A stretch of DNA of 64,000 nucleotides from contig CAYPEN010000002.1 in the NCBI GenBank assembly GCA_964409875.1, forward strand, positions 338,630 through 402,629, read 5' to 3'. Of the stretch, positions 27,718-36,986 are shown piece after piece. Positions within the stretch are counted from its first letter, which is position 1, and every line of letters starts with the position of its first letter. Under the pieces are notes generated by a model. The model made no database searches and was not told the DNA's origin. It saw only the letters and a program-made list of their open reading frames with translations. Position numbers and translations under genes: made by a program. Source of the DNA: an uncultured Gammaproteobacteria bacterium. Lineage in GTDB: Bacteria > Patescibacteriota > Microgenomatia > Levybacterales > GWA1-39-11.

Positions 27718-28788
27718 TTAGTGTCCACCAACCTGTCCGATAAGCCCATAAATTGGGGCAATTATTGCGAGCATCATGCCTCCCACCAATACTCCGACAA
27801 ATATCAGCATTATTGGTTCAAGAAGTGTTGTAAGGGTCTTAAGCGTTTTATCGACCTGATAATCAAGATAATCGGCTACATCCTGCATTGATTTATCCAA
27901 AGAACCGCTTTTTTCACCGGCTTCCGTTATTTTTATCATGATGTTTGGAAAAATATGTTTCGCGAATTTAAGACCATCCGACAATTCGCTCCCTCCAAGT
28001 ACTACCTCTTTACAATGTGAAATCGCATCTGCAACTTCTTTTTTTAAGACAACCTCTTGCGCCAATTCAAGTGCAGCGGCTATCGGAATACCGGCGTTGA
28101 GGAGGAGAAATAGGCTGCGTGAGAATCTGGTTAAGTCTATTTGTTTTGCAAGGGTTGAAACAAGGGGAAGCATAAATAGCGCATGAAGAAACGCACGCTT
28201 CTTTTCTCTATATAGGAAGAAGAGCCCTACGACAATCAATGCAATGCCAAGAATGACAAAAACGGTATACTTGGTAAGTAGTTGCGACATACCGATTAGG
28301 ATTTGGGTAGGAAGAGGAAGGGCGACGTTCAGTCTTAAGAAAACCCCCGAAATCTTCGGTACGACAACGACAAGAATCATGGTAAGAACACCAGCAAAGA
28401 CGAAAAAGATAAGAACAGGATAGGTAAGTGCGCCTTTTATTCTGTCCATAAATTCTGCATCTTTCTTAATTGAGGTTTTAAGGTCGGTAAGCGTTACATC
28501 AAGTGTGCCTGCTTCTTCAGATGCTTTAATAAGATTTACCGTGATTTTGTCAAATACTTTCGGGAACCGGGCAAATGCATCTGAAACATGGCTTCCTTGG
28601 GATAGGTCTGCTTTGAGGCTTTCAAGCAGCTTTTTTTGGCTTCCTTTTGCATCCTCAAGCAGTGAATCGACCACTTCAAGGATGGGAATTCCTGCAGATA
28701 GCATGGTAGCAAGGTTACTCACAAGCCCCAATTTCTCGGCGGTTGAGAGTCTTAAAGATTGTGGATTTGAGTTGTTAAATAAGGCCAT
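27718..28788 (-). CDS. pilC: Type IV pilus assembly platform protein PilC (GspF/T2SS-F family)
   Basis: Two T2SSF repeats, three TM segments, 356 aa. Sits immediately downstream of pilB. Confidence 0.85.
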   Translation of the reverse strand: MALFNNSNPQSLRLSTAEKLGLVSNLATMLSAGIPILEVVDSLLEDAKGSQKKLLESLKADLSQGSHVSDAFARFPKVFDKITVNLIKASEEAGTLDVTLTDLKTSIKKDAEFMDRIKGALTYPVLIFFVFAGVLTMILVVVVPKISGVFLRLNVALPLPTQILIGMSQLLTKYTVFVILGIALIVVGLFFLYREKKRAFLHALFMLPLVSTLAKQIDLTRFSRSLFLLLNAGIPIAAALELAQEVVLKKEVADAISHCKEVVLGGSELSDGLKFAKHIFPNIMIKITEAGEKSGSLDKSMQDVADYLDYQVDKTLKTLTTLLEPIMLIFVGVLVGGMMLAIIAPIYGLIGQVGGH

Positions 28789-28794
28789 ATTAAA

Positions 28795-30483
28795 TTATAG
28801 AGATTCGACTTTAGTGACTCTTAATACTTCTTCAAGCGTGGTAACTCCACGCGAAACCTTATTGAGCCCATCATTGAGCATAGTAGTCATGCCTTCGTCT
28901 ATCGCCCGTTTTGCGATTTGGTCAGAGTCATTTTTTGCGGTTATAAGGTTGCGGATTTCCTTTGTTACCTCAAGTACTTCAAACAATCCCAGACGGCCGG
29001 TATATCCTGTCGAATGGCAGATTTTGCATCCTTTTCCGCGGTAAAGCCTGATATTCTCCTTCTCGCCGAAATGCTTGGTAATTATTGAGGAGGGGAGATT
29101 TTTTGTTAGATCAGAGCGTAAAATGTCATACGAAACTTTACACATATCACATATTTTTCGGATAAGACGCTGGCCGATGATAACGTTAACGGTTGATGCA
29201 ACAAGGAACGGTTCGACTTTCATATCAATAAGTCTGGGAAGTGCGGTTGCTGCATCATTTGTGTGGAGGGTTGAAAGAACTAGATGTCCGGTGAGAGCAG
29301 CGTTTACTGCTATACCTGCTGTTTCGCTGTCACGTATTTCTCCGACAAAAACAACATTCGGGTCTTGTCTCAAAATTGAGCGAAGACCGTTTGCAAATGT
29401 AAGGTCGGTTTTTGTATTCACATTTATTTGGTTCACTCCCTTAATACGGTATTCGACTGGGTCTTCAATCGTTGTAATGTTTTTTTCCCGGGTATTTAAA
29501 ATTTTCAGTATGGCGTATATTGAAGTTGTTTTTCCACTTCCGGTAGGACCTGTTGAGAGCACCATCCCGTACGACTTGCTGTATGCTGCAGTTACCTTCT
29601 TCAGGTCTTGTTCGCTCATCCCAAGATCAATAAGCGAGAACTGGCGAAAATGCGAGGCAAGGAGTCTTAATACAGCTTTTTCTCCATCTGCGATGGGAAG
29701 AATTGAAACGCGGATATCTAAATTCTCTTCATCAAGTTTTATCCGCATTTTTCCATCTTGAGGTGCGAGGTGTTCATCGGTTCTTAGTTTTGAAAGAATT
29801 TTAATTCTTGAAATGATGCGTTCATGGAAATTTTTTGGAAAATAAAGCACGTCATGCAAGATTCCGTCTATTCTAAATCGTACCAGTGAATCTTTTTCCT
29901 CCGGTTCTATATGAATATCCGAAACCTTGTCCTGGTAGCCGAATTCAACCAAAAGATTTACTATCTTTTCAATAGGAGCTGCGTCGGTTACTTTGGAAAC
30001 ATCCGTGATGCCCAACTCTTTCTGTAGAAGTTGCTCAAAGGACTTTTGCAAATCCCTCTTGTAAATTCTTAAAATATTGTCAATATCCCGCTCAGTTGTA
30101 AGGTAGGGGAGTACTTTAAGTCCGGTTTTTTTGCTTATTGCGGTTAAGACTTCAATGTTGCGCGGGTCGACAGTTGCAACCTTCAGTCCGTCCTTCGACT
30201 TTTCAAAAGGAATAACCTTGTGTTTACGTGCAATTTTTTCAGGTACGATGCGGAAAACATCTTCTGGTATGGTAAGCTTTGAGAGGATAATAAAAGGAAT
30301 ATGGAGAAAATCAGCAATAAGGATTCCCAGGTTTTCATCCGAGACGACGTCTTTTTCAATAAGAGCATCCACCAGGCTTACATTCGAATTTTTTGAGAAT
30401 TCCGTGAGCTCTTGTAAACTTTGCTCCGTTGCGAGTCCTGTTTTAAGGACGAGTGCTTTTATTTGATCGTCTGATAAAATCAT
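28795..30483 (-). CDS. pilB: Type IV pilus assembly ATPase PilB (GspE family)
   Basis: N-terminal GSPII_E_N-like domain. Walker A GPTGSGKTT, Asp box, Walker B and His box. Cys motif CDMCK...CKIC. 562 aa. Confidence 0.9.
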   Translation of the reverse strand: MILSDDQIKALVLKTGLATEQSLQELTEFSKNSNVSLVDALIEKDVVSDENLGILIADFLHIPFIILSKLTIPEDVFRIVPEKIARKHKVIPFEKSKDGLKVATVDPRNIEVLTAISKKTGLKVLPYLTTERDIDNILRIYKRDLQKSFEQLLQKELGITDVSKVTDAAPIEKIVNLLVEFGYQDKVSDIHIEPEEKDSLVRFRIDGILHDVLYFPKNFHERIISRIKILSKLRTDEHLAPQDGKMRIKLDEENLDIRVSILPIADGEKAVLRLLASHFRQFSLIDLGMSEQDLKKVTAAYSKSYGMVLSTGPTGSGKTTSIYAILKILNTREKNITTIEDPVEYRIKGVNQINVNTKTDLTFANGLRSILRQDPNVVFVGEIRDSETAGIAVNAALTGHLVLSTLHTNDAATALPRLIDMKVEPFLVASTVNVIIGQRLIRKICDMCKVSYDILRSDLTKNLPSSIITKHFGEKENIRLYRGKGCKICHSTGYTGRLGLFEVLEVTKEIRNLITAKNDSDQIAKRAIDEGMTTMLNDGLNKVSRGVTTLEEVLRVTKVESL

Positions 30484-30502
30484 GGGCAGTAATTATTATT
30501 TT

Positions 30503-30883
30503 TCAATCGTGTCTTTTGGACTGGTCGATTGTTTGATTTACTTTCTTCAATAAATTGTCAAAATCAAAAAAAGTCTTATTGACATAGTCTGTTGCACCAA
30601 GCCGTTTTGCCTTCTCAATATCGGCTGTTTGTCCCAAAGTCGAGAATATAATAACCGGAATACTTTCCAAACTCGGATGCTTAGATATTTCCGTAAGTAC
30701 CTCAAACCCATCCTTGTTAGGCATAATAAGGTCGAGCAACATAAGATCAGGTTTTATAACCATAATTTTTTGCAACGCCTCATTTCCATCTCCTGCCACT
30801 TCGACTTGAAAGCCCGCCTCTGTAAGCTTACGAGAATAGAAATTTTGAAAAAACAAGTCGTCTTCGGCAAGCAATATCCTCAT
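30503..30883 (-). CDS. Single-domain response regulator (CheY-like), PilG/PilH-like position
   Basis: MRILLAEDDLFFQNFY...DLMLLDLIMPNKDGFEVL...K. 126 aa, no output domain. Confidence 0.8.
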   Translation of the reverse strand: MRILLAEDDLFFQNFYSRKLTEAGFQVEVAGDGNEALQKIMVIKPDLMLLDLIMPNKDGFEVLTEISKHPSLESIPVIIFSTLGQTADIEKAKRLGATDYVNKTFFDFDNLLKKVNQTIDQSKRHD

Positions 30884-31248
30884 AAGACGTTATCTCCAAT
30901 CTTTTCCGATTCCAACTGTTTTAACTGTTTTTTTACCTCATCAAGAGATTTTTTTATTTGTTCTATAGCCTCGTTATTTGTCTGAATTATGGTTCCTTCA
31001 GGCCTGATGTAGGAAATAATCTCGGAACATATCGTGGCAATTTTTTGATATCCCATCATTTGGGACGAGCCTTTTAATGAATGAACATGTCGGAAAATCT
31101 CTTTTGCATCAGGAAATTTGTCAGAGCTAAGAAGGAGTTCTAGCACTTGAATATGCTCTTGAGCCGTTTTTAAAAACAACATATTATAACCAGCAATATC
31201 CCTGGGTGTCATGAGGTAATCATACAATATTTTTGAACTGTCTGACAA
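30880..31248 (-). CDS. Histidine phosphotransfer (HPt) domain protein
   Basis: FRHVHSLKGSSQMMG matches the HPt signature (H-x-x-KG). 122 aa, overlapping the downstream receiver gene by 4 nt. Confidence 0.6.
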   Translation of the reverse strand: MSDSSKILYDYLMTPRDIAGYNMLFLKTAQEHIQVLELLLSSDKFPDAKEIFRHVHSLKGSSQMMGYQKIATICSEIISYIRPEGTIIQTNNEAIEQIKKSLDEVKKQLKQLESEKIGDNVL

Positions 31249-31327
31249 GGAAAATGGCCTATCCTTGATTTATGAAAGCCTTCTCACGTAAACTAAAAAT
31301 AAGGCGTATTGTGCCTTTTTAGAAAAC

Positions 31328-31675
31328 ATGATAGCTTTTGTCTCTTATCCATTCTATCTCCTCTCTTTCTGGTACAAGGACGTTGTAGTCGGGTTATTTG
31401 GATTTTTTGCCGCGTTTAATATGTATGTTGCCCGGCTTTTGTCGTATCCGAGTCTTCTAAAAACCTTTTTTAAACCATTGAAAAATGAATATCGGGATGG
31501 GTTGGTGCTTTTTTCCATTTGCTTTGGGGTGATTATAAAAAGCGTATTGGTTGCTGTTAACTCGTTGATTCTTTTATTTATGTTACTTGTTGAGGTTCTT
31601 ATCCTGCTTTTTCTTGTTGTTTTACCTGTAGTGTTCTTAGTTTTGTTGTTAAGTCCGAGAGTAATATTGCGATGA
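31328..31675 (+). CDS. Small hydrophobic ORF translationally coupled (ATGA) to the ClpC paralogue; possibly a frameshifted N-terminal part of it
   Basis: 115 aa and strongly hydrophobic. Its stop TGA overlaps the ATG of the next gene, whose own first 60 residues are also hydrophobic. Confidence 0.35.
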   Translation: MIAFVSYPFYLLSFWYKDVVVGLFGFFAAFNMYVARLLSYPSLLKTFFKPLKNEYRDGLVLFSICFGVIIKSVLVAVNSLILLFMLLVEVLILLFLVVLPVVFLVLLLSPRVILR

Positions 31676-34041
31676 AAGACAACCATTATTTTCTCTATTA
31701 TTTTTTCGATAACCCGTTTATACGGTGGGCGCGGGTTATTGTATTTTTCTTCATAGGGATATTCGTCTATTTCAATCTTGAGAGCACCAGGTTTGTCATC
31801 CAAATACTGCCGGTTTATTTTTTCCTACTCCTTCAGGAATTTTTTATCCATTTTAAGCTTGAGAATAGTAGCCCGAAGAAAAAAATAACCGATAATTATA
31901 GGCATATCATTGAATGCGTCGATTATAAAACGCGGGTACTTCTTGAGCGGCATAGTGTAATTGAGGATACCATCAAAGAAATTTCCAATTTTGCAGAGGT
32001 GAAATACTTTAAGAAGCGGTTACTTTTTAATAATGTACCGTTAACAAAGGAAATCTCCGAAAAAGAAGCCCTTGAAAGAGTAAAAGATGTTGTTAAAAGC
32101 GTGAACGGAAAGTATATACATGCAATTGACATCTTTGTTTCATATCTTCTTATTCTTGATGAAAAAGAGAAATTTCTATTCGATAAGGAACTGTTTGAGA
32201 AAGACATCTTAACAGTCCTTTCATGGACAAGGCGCGAATTTCGAATTGATAGGAAGCACCATTATCATCTGACATTTACCGGAAGTGGGGCTTTCGACTT
32301 TTTCATATACGGATGGAGTACCCAAATTGCACGCGTAGCTCTCAATTTTACAAAAGAGGCGCTTATGCGGAAACGTTCCGAGCCGATAGGAAGGGAAAGC
32401 GAGTACGATCTTTTGGTGACGGCGCTCTCAAAAAATTCTTCAAGTAATGCACTTATTGTTGGGCCCGCAGGAGTTGGGAAAAGTGCGTTAGTCATGCAGT
32501 TTGCCGTCGATTCCAATCAAGGAGTATTGCCCCATGTCGTCTCCAACAAAACGGTTTTTCAACTCTTCCCCGAACGGCTTATGTCAGGAGTAGAATACCA
32601 GGGGGATTTGGAGGAACGGTTTGTGAGTGTTTTTTCGGAGCTGGCCCATGCCGGAAATATTATCGTCTACATTCCAAATATAGAAAACATTTTCGGAGGC
32701 GGAGGATTCAATATGGATATTTCAGGAGCGCTTATCGACTACCTTAACAGCAGCAGAATAAAAATAATAGGAAGCACAACCGAGAGTGCATATAAAGAAT
32801 TCGTTCTATCAAGACTTGAGATAAAAGAGCTCTTTGATACGGTTGAGATGAGAGAGCCGGATGAAGATACTGCGCTTTTTATGGTGATGGAAAAGGCGAA
32901 GGAATTAGAGTTGGTAAATCACGTATGGGTCTCATACGACGCTGTAAAAGAGTCATGTGTGTTGGCGCATTCGTATGAGACAGAAGGGATAGTGCTTCCG
33001 GGAAGTGCCGTGCATCTATTGGATGATGTTATCGCATATTGCCTGACTCACGGGAAGAAGACGGTAGATAAAAAAGAAGTACAGGCGTATGTTGCAGAAA
33101 AAAAACATATCGTTCTTGATGCGCCAACAGAGGAGGAGAGCGAAAAACTACTACAACTAGAAGCAGAAATTCACAATGAGATAGTTTCTCAAAATGAGGC
33201 AGTGACGGCTATTGCCAACGCAATGCGACGAGTACGTGCTGGGATGAAAAATGAGAACAAGCCCATTGCGTCTTTCCTCTTTTTGGGGCCGACAGGAGTC
33301 GGAAAGACTAAAACTGCAAAAGCTCTTGCCAAATCATACTTCGGGAATGAGGAGGCAATGATACGGCTTGATATGAGTGAATATCAATTGCCCGATTCTG
33401 TGGACAGATTTTTAGGAAAGCAAGGAACATATAGTGAAACAGTTCTTGATAAGGTTTCTAATAATCCTTTTTCCCTCCTGCTTCTGGACGAATTTGAAAA
33501 AGCGTATCCCCATGTTTTAGACCTCTTCTTGCAGGTCTTTGACGAAGGAAGGCTTACCGATAATTCCGGTAGAACCGTGTCTTTTGCAAATTGCATCATA
33601 ATTGCAACATCGAATGCGGGAAGCGAGTTTATCAGGGAGGCGGAAAATAGCGGCGCATCGAATGATAATTTGAAGAAAGCGCTTATTGAGAAAGTGCAGG
33701 AGGGGGGTATATTTAGGCCGGAGCTTATCAACCGTTTTGACGACGTTATTGTCTTCAAGCCCCTCACAGAAGCCGATGTGGCTAATGTTTCAAAACTCCT
33801 CTTGCAAAAAGTCATCGATGAAGCGGCTAAAAAACAGATAACACTTTCGTACGATGAGGCGGTGCCATTCTTTATAGCAAAACACGCGTATAGCATCGAG
33901 TTCGGAGCCCGCAATATCAAGCGTTTCATTGAACAATCGGTTGAGAATCAACTATCAAAGCTCATACTTTCCGGTACTCTCTCCCATGCCAGTACTGCAA
34001 AAATACTGGTGGAAGAAAACGCGCTTGTCATTAAAGTATGA
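31672..34041 (+). CDS. ClpC-like AAA+ protein paralogue with hydrophobic N-terminus and degenerate NBD1 Walker B
   Basis: NBD1 Walker A GPAGVGKSA, but the expected hhhhDE is IVYIPNIENIF (no acidic pair). NBD2 is intact: Walker A GPTGVGKTKTAK, Walker B LLLLDEFEKAYP, sensor 2 GARNIKR. The N-terminal ~60 aa are membrane-like. Confidence 0.75.
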   Translation: MKDNHYFLYYFFDNPFIRWARVIVFFFIGIFVYFNLESTRFVIQILPVYFFLLLQEFFIHFKLENSSPKKKITDNYRHIIECVDYKTRVLLERHSVIEDTIKEISNFAEVKYFKKRLLFNNVPLTKEISEKEALERVKDVVKSVNGKYIHAIDIFVSYLLILDEKEKFLFDKELFEKDILTVLSWTRREFRIDRKHHYHLTFTGSGAFDFFIYGWSTQIARVALNFTKEALMRKRSEPIGRESEYDLLVTALSKNSSSNALIVGPAGVGKSALVMQFAVDSNQGVLPHVVSNKTVFQLFPERLMSGVEYQGDLEERFVSVFSELAHAGNIIVYIPNIENIFGGGGFNMDISGALIDYLNSSRIKIIGSTTESAYKEFVLSRLEIKELFDTVEMREPDEDTALFMVMEKAKELELVNHVWVSYDAVKESCVLAHSYETEGIVLPGSAVHLLDDVIAYCLTHGKKTVDKKEVQAYVAEKKHIVLDAPTEEESEKLLQLEAEIHNEIVSQNEAVTAIANAMRRVRAGMKNENKPIASFLFLGPTGVGKTKTAKALAKSYFGNEEAMIRLDMSEYQLPDSVDRFLGKQGTYSETVLDKVSNNPFSLLLLDEFEKAYPHVLDLFLQVFDEGRLTDNSGRTVSFANCIIIATSNAGSEFIREAENSGASNDNLKKALIEKVQEGGIFRPELINRFDDVIVFKPLTEADVANVSKLLLQKVIDEAAKKQITLSYDEAVPFFIAKHAYSIEFGARNIKRFIEQSVENQLSKLILSGTLSHASTAKILVEENALVIKV

Positions 34042-34069
34042 ATTCCATATACTTGATAGTACTGCCTAT

Positions 34070-35080
34070 ATGAAATACGCCTTTTTTGAATTAGAAGAGT
34101 GGGAAAAGGAATATTTTCAAAAAGAAATTCCCAACAACGAGCTTGTATTTTTTGACGAGCCCCTTTCATCTGGGACCCCAGGACTCGAGACTTTTGAAAT
34201 CGTAATCATTTTTATTCACTCCCAACTCAACAAAGAACTGTTGGATAAAATGCCCAATCTCAAATTCGTGACTACCATGTCAACCGGATTTGACCATATT
34301 GACCTTGTCGAATGCAAAAATAGGAATATTCCTGTGTCAAATGTCCCAAGTTACGGTGAAACAGTGGTAGCCGAGCACACTTTTGCACTACTTCTTGCAA
34401 TTGCACGAAAACTCCCGGAGTCTGTTGAACGGGTCAAAAAAGGGAATTTTATGCCCGATGGTCTTACCGGATTTGAATTGCGGGGAAAGACAATTGGGGT
34501 AATCGGTGTCGGAAGTATTGGAACAAATGTAATTAGAATTGCCCGGGGTTTTGGCATGAATACTATTGTTTACAAAAGAACTCCTGACTATGCGCTTGAG
34601 AAAGAATTAGGATGTAAATTCGTTGAATTGCCTGTCCTTTACCAACAGTCCGATATCGTGACACTTCACATTCCCTATTCGAAAGAGACACACCATTATA
34701 TTGGAGAAGAGGCGATTTCCCAGATGAAGGATGGTGTTGTGATTCTTAATACCGCCCGTGGGCCTTTAATTGATACGGCTGCACTTCTTAGAGGTCTTGA
34801 TGCGGGTAAAGTCCGTGCAGCGGGCCTCGATGTATTAGAAGAGGAACCGCTTCTTGAAGAAGAAAAGGAGCTTCTGACCAAAACGAAGGCTTTTGAAGCT
34901 GAGAAGCTTATGACCGTATTGCAAGACCATATGTTAGTCAATCACCCAAATGTTGTTATCACTCCCCACAATGCATTCAATAGCACCGAAGCGCTTCACA
35001 AGATTGTTGAGACAACCCACGAGAATTTGGTCGGTTTTACCAATGGTGCACCTCTCAATGTTGTCGCCCCGCACGAATAG
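34070..35080 (+). CDS. D-isomer-specific 2-hydroxyacid dehydrogenase (D-lactate dehydrogenase-like), NAD-binding
   Basis: GVIGVGSIGTNV Rossmann motif and the catalytic-domain pattern of the D-2-HADH family. Start set at the MKYAFF ATG (34070), 29 nt after the upstream stop. The ORF track's 33929 start would overlap the previous gene. Confidence 0.8.
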   Translation: MKYAFFELEEWEKEYFQKEIPNNELVFFDEPLSSGTPGLETFEIVIIFIHSQLNKELLDKMPNLKFVTTMSTGFDHIDLVECKNRNIPVSNVPSYGETVVAEHTFALLLAIARKLPESVERVKKGNFMPDGLTGFELRGKTIGVIGVGSIGTNVIRIARGFGMNTIVYKRTPDYALEKELGCKFVELPVLYQQSDIVTLHIPYSKETHHYIGEEAISQMKDGVVILNTARGPLIDTAALLRGLDAGKVRAAGLDVLEEEPLLEEEKELLTKTKAFEAEKLMTVLQDHMLVNHPNVVITPHNAFNSTEALHKIVETTHENLVGFTNGAPLNVVAPHE

Positions 35081-35116
35081 CTTTCATTCGTTCCTGCGGG
35101 TATAATTGCCTCATCT

Positions 35117-36172
35117 ATGAACTTTCAGGATTATTCGCAAATATCCCGGAAAAGAATCGAGGAATATCTCCGGGCGTTTTTTTTGGAAAAAAGGAATGAG
35201 TCTATTCCCGAGAGCTTTAAAAAGCAGCGCGCATTAGAAGAGCTGGAAAAATTTGTATTGCGTGGAAAGCTTATCCGAGGGACGCTTTTTCTTTTGACCG
35301 TTGAGTATTTTGGCGGGCAATTGACAGAAAGGCATATCGCAATAGCCTCAGCAATAGAGCTGGTCCATTCGGCGCTTCTCATTCAGGATGACATTATTGA
35401 CAATGATGCCATGCGGCGTGGGGACAAAACGCTGTATGCTGCCTATCAGCAAATTGGTGAAAAAATCAATGCAACAAGTCCGTATCATTATGGTATTTCA
35501 ATTGCAATTGTTGTCTCGGACATCGCTTTTTTCCTGGCATTTGAATTACTTTCTTCATTTAATGAGCCTTCATTAAGTAATCTCATAAAATTCTATTCGC
35601 ACGAAATTTATCTCGTAGCACTTGCTGAAGGAATTGATTCCGAGTTCGGTCAGACAAATAACGAACCGTCGGAAGACGATATTTATGCCGTGTACCATTA
35701 CAAGACGGCACGATACACATTTTCGATGCCCTTTATTATGGCAGGTATTGTGTGTAATGCTCCCCAAGGGCAAACTGGGATTTTGGAGAAAATCGGTGAA
35801 TTAGCAGGAATAATATTCCAACTGAAGGATGATGTTATCGGAATTTTTGGAAATGAAGAAGTGATAGGAAAACCGGTCGGCTCTGACATCCGGGAAAACA
35901 AAAAAACCATTATCCGTCATCTGCTTTACAAAATGTGTGATGAGCATGAACGGAAAGTGCTTGACCGTTCTTTCGGAAATTCTGAGATGACCGGTGAAGA
36001 GCTTGCGGCAGTGTTAGACATTGCAAAAAAGTATTCGGTAGAAAAATTGATTGAAGATAAAATAACCAATATCGCAAACGAACAGCAGGAATACTTAAAA
36101 AACCTTCCCGACAACCCATATAAAAAGGTGTTAATGGATTTGTTAGATTTTAATCTGAAAAGAACATACTAA
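35117..36172 (+). CDS. Polyprenyl diphosphate synthase (trans-isoprenyl diphosphate synthase family, FPP/GGPP-type)
   Basis: First Asp-rich motif LIQDDIIDNDAMRRG and second motif FQLKDDVIG. Confidence 0.8.
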   Translation: MNFQDYSQISRKRIEEYLRAFFLEKRNESIPESFKKQRALEELEKFVLRGKLIRGTLFLLTVEYFGGQLTERHIAIASAIELVHSALLIQDDIIDNDAMRRGDKTLYAAYQQIGEKINATSPYHYGISIAIVVSDIAFFLAFELLSSFNEPSLSNLIKFYSHEIYLVALAEGIDSEFGQTNNEPSEDDIYAVYHYKTARYTFSMPFIMAGIVCNAPQGQTGILEKIGELAGIIFQLKDDVIGIFGNEEVIGKPVGSDIRENKKTIIRHLLYKMCDEHERKVLDRSFGNSEMTGEELAAVLDIAKKYSVEKLIEDKITNIANEQQEYLKNLPDNPYKKVLMDLLDFNLKRTY

Positions 36173-36196
36173 AATTTTTAGTGGTATTATAAAGAT

Positions 36197-36529
36197 ATGA
36201 ATGTCGTTGTGAGGTTAATTGTTCTGGTTATAGCGGTATATGTAGCATCCTACATCATTCCTGGTATACGGATTGATTCTCCTCAGTCGCTTATTGTTGT
36301 ATCCGTTGTTTTGGGGATTATCAATGCTTTTATAAAACCTATTTTGGTATTTCTGACACTTCCGTTAACTATTGTGACCCTTGGCATATTCCTTCTTATT
36401 CTCAATGGATTGTTGGTTTTGCTGGTTGGCAATATCGTTCCCGGTTTTCATGTCGCGGGATTACTCCCGGCGATACTTTTTAGTATCGTTGTTTCACTCA
36501 CATCGTCTCTTCTTGGAAAGTTTGCTTAG
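36197..36529 (+). CDS. Small 4-TM membrane protein of the DUF360 / phage-holin superfamily IV-like family
   Basis: 110 aa; LGIINAFIKPILVFLTLPLTIVTLGIFLLILNGLLVLLVGNIVPGF matches the remembered DUF360 pattern. Confidence 0.5.
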   Translation: MNVVVRLIVLVIAVYVASYIIPGIRIDSPQSLIVVSVVLGIINAFIKPILVFLTLPLTIVTLGIFLLILNGLLVLLVGNIVPGFHVAGLLPAILFSIVVSLTSSLLGKFA

Positions 36530-36535
36530 ATTTGC

Positions 36536-36985
36536 TTAGAGGCCTGTCGTTGCTTGGTTAAGCTCAGTTCCGTCAGTGGCCGGATCGGTGATGGGGGCAT
36601 TCAATATTTCATCATCAGTAGGCGTTACTGTAGGAACAGCTGTTGGTGTAACAACTGTCTTAACGGTAGTTGCCGGTTTTGTGTACGATGGAGCCTGTGT
36701 AGTTTTTGAACTCTGAGTAATTATGATGTAATAAAGAGCCCCAAGAACGACGATAAGCACTACCAATATTGCAGCAACAAGAAGCAGTCCACTATTCTTT
36801 TTGCCTTGTGGGGCTACAACCGGCGCCTGCACGGTGGGGGAGCCCGGAGGTGTTGGTGGCATCTGGGGAGTAACCATGTTTGCAGCGGGGGGTGGAGTAG
36901 GCGTTGCACCGGCTACAGGCGGAGGAGTGGTAGCTCCTGCTGGCGGAGGTGTTGTTGGTTGGTTGTTTAGTGTTTTTTCATCCAT
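36536..36985 (-). CDS. Single-pass membrane protein with Pro-rich N-terminus and Thr/Pro-rich C-terminal region
   Basis: 149 aa. PPPAGATTPPPVAGATPTPPP, then a TM helix (LLLVAAILVVLIVVLGALYYIII), then a Thr/Val/Pro-rich tail. Same architecture as 12671-13213. Confidence 0.5.
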   Translation of the reverse strand: MDEKTLNNQPTTPPPAGATTPPPVAGATPTPPPAANMVTPQMPPTPPGSPTVQAPVVAPQGKKNSGLLLVAAILVVLIVVLGALYYIIITQSSKTTQAPSYTKPATTVKTVVTPTAVPTVTPTDDEILNAPITDPATDGTELNQATTGL

Positions 36986-36986
36986 A

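Noticed and set aside
27618-27761. N-terminal 48-codon extension of the 27138-27761 ORF (MPQFMGLSDRLVDTKMKTTSQKPKDRSKEKSWDKNTKQHHLLPHIYCF)
   Set aside because: A prepilin leader is short and basic. The internal MSSNKG|LTLVELL start gives a canonical class III signal, whereas the extension is hydrophilic and would put the cleavage site 54 residues in.
31354-31803. 149-aa minus-strand ORF overlapping the start of the ClpC paralogue
   Set aside because: It is antisense to two co-directional, translationally coupled plus-strand ORFs, is Lys/Asn-rich low complexity, and has no start context.
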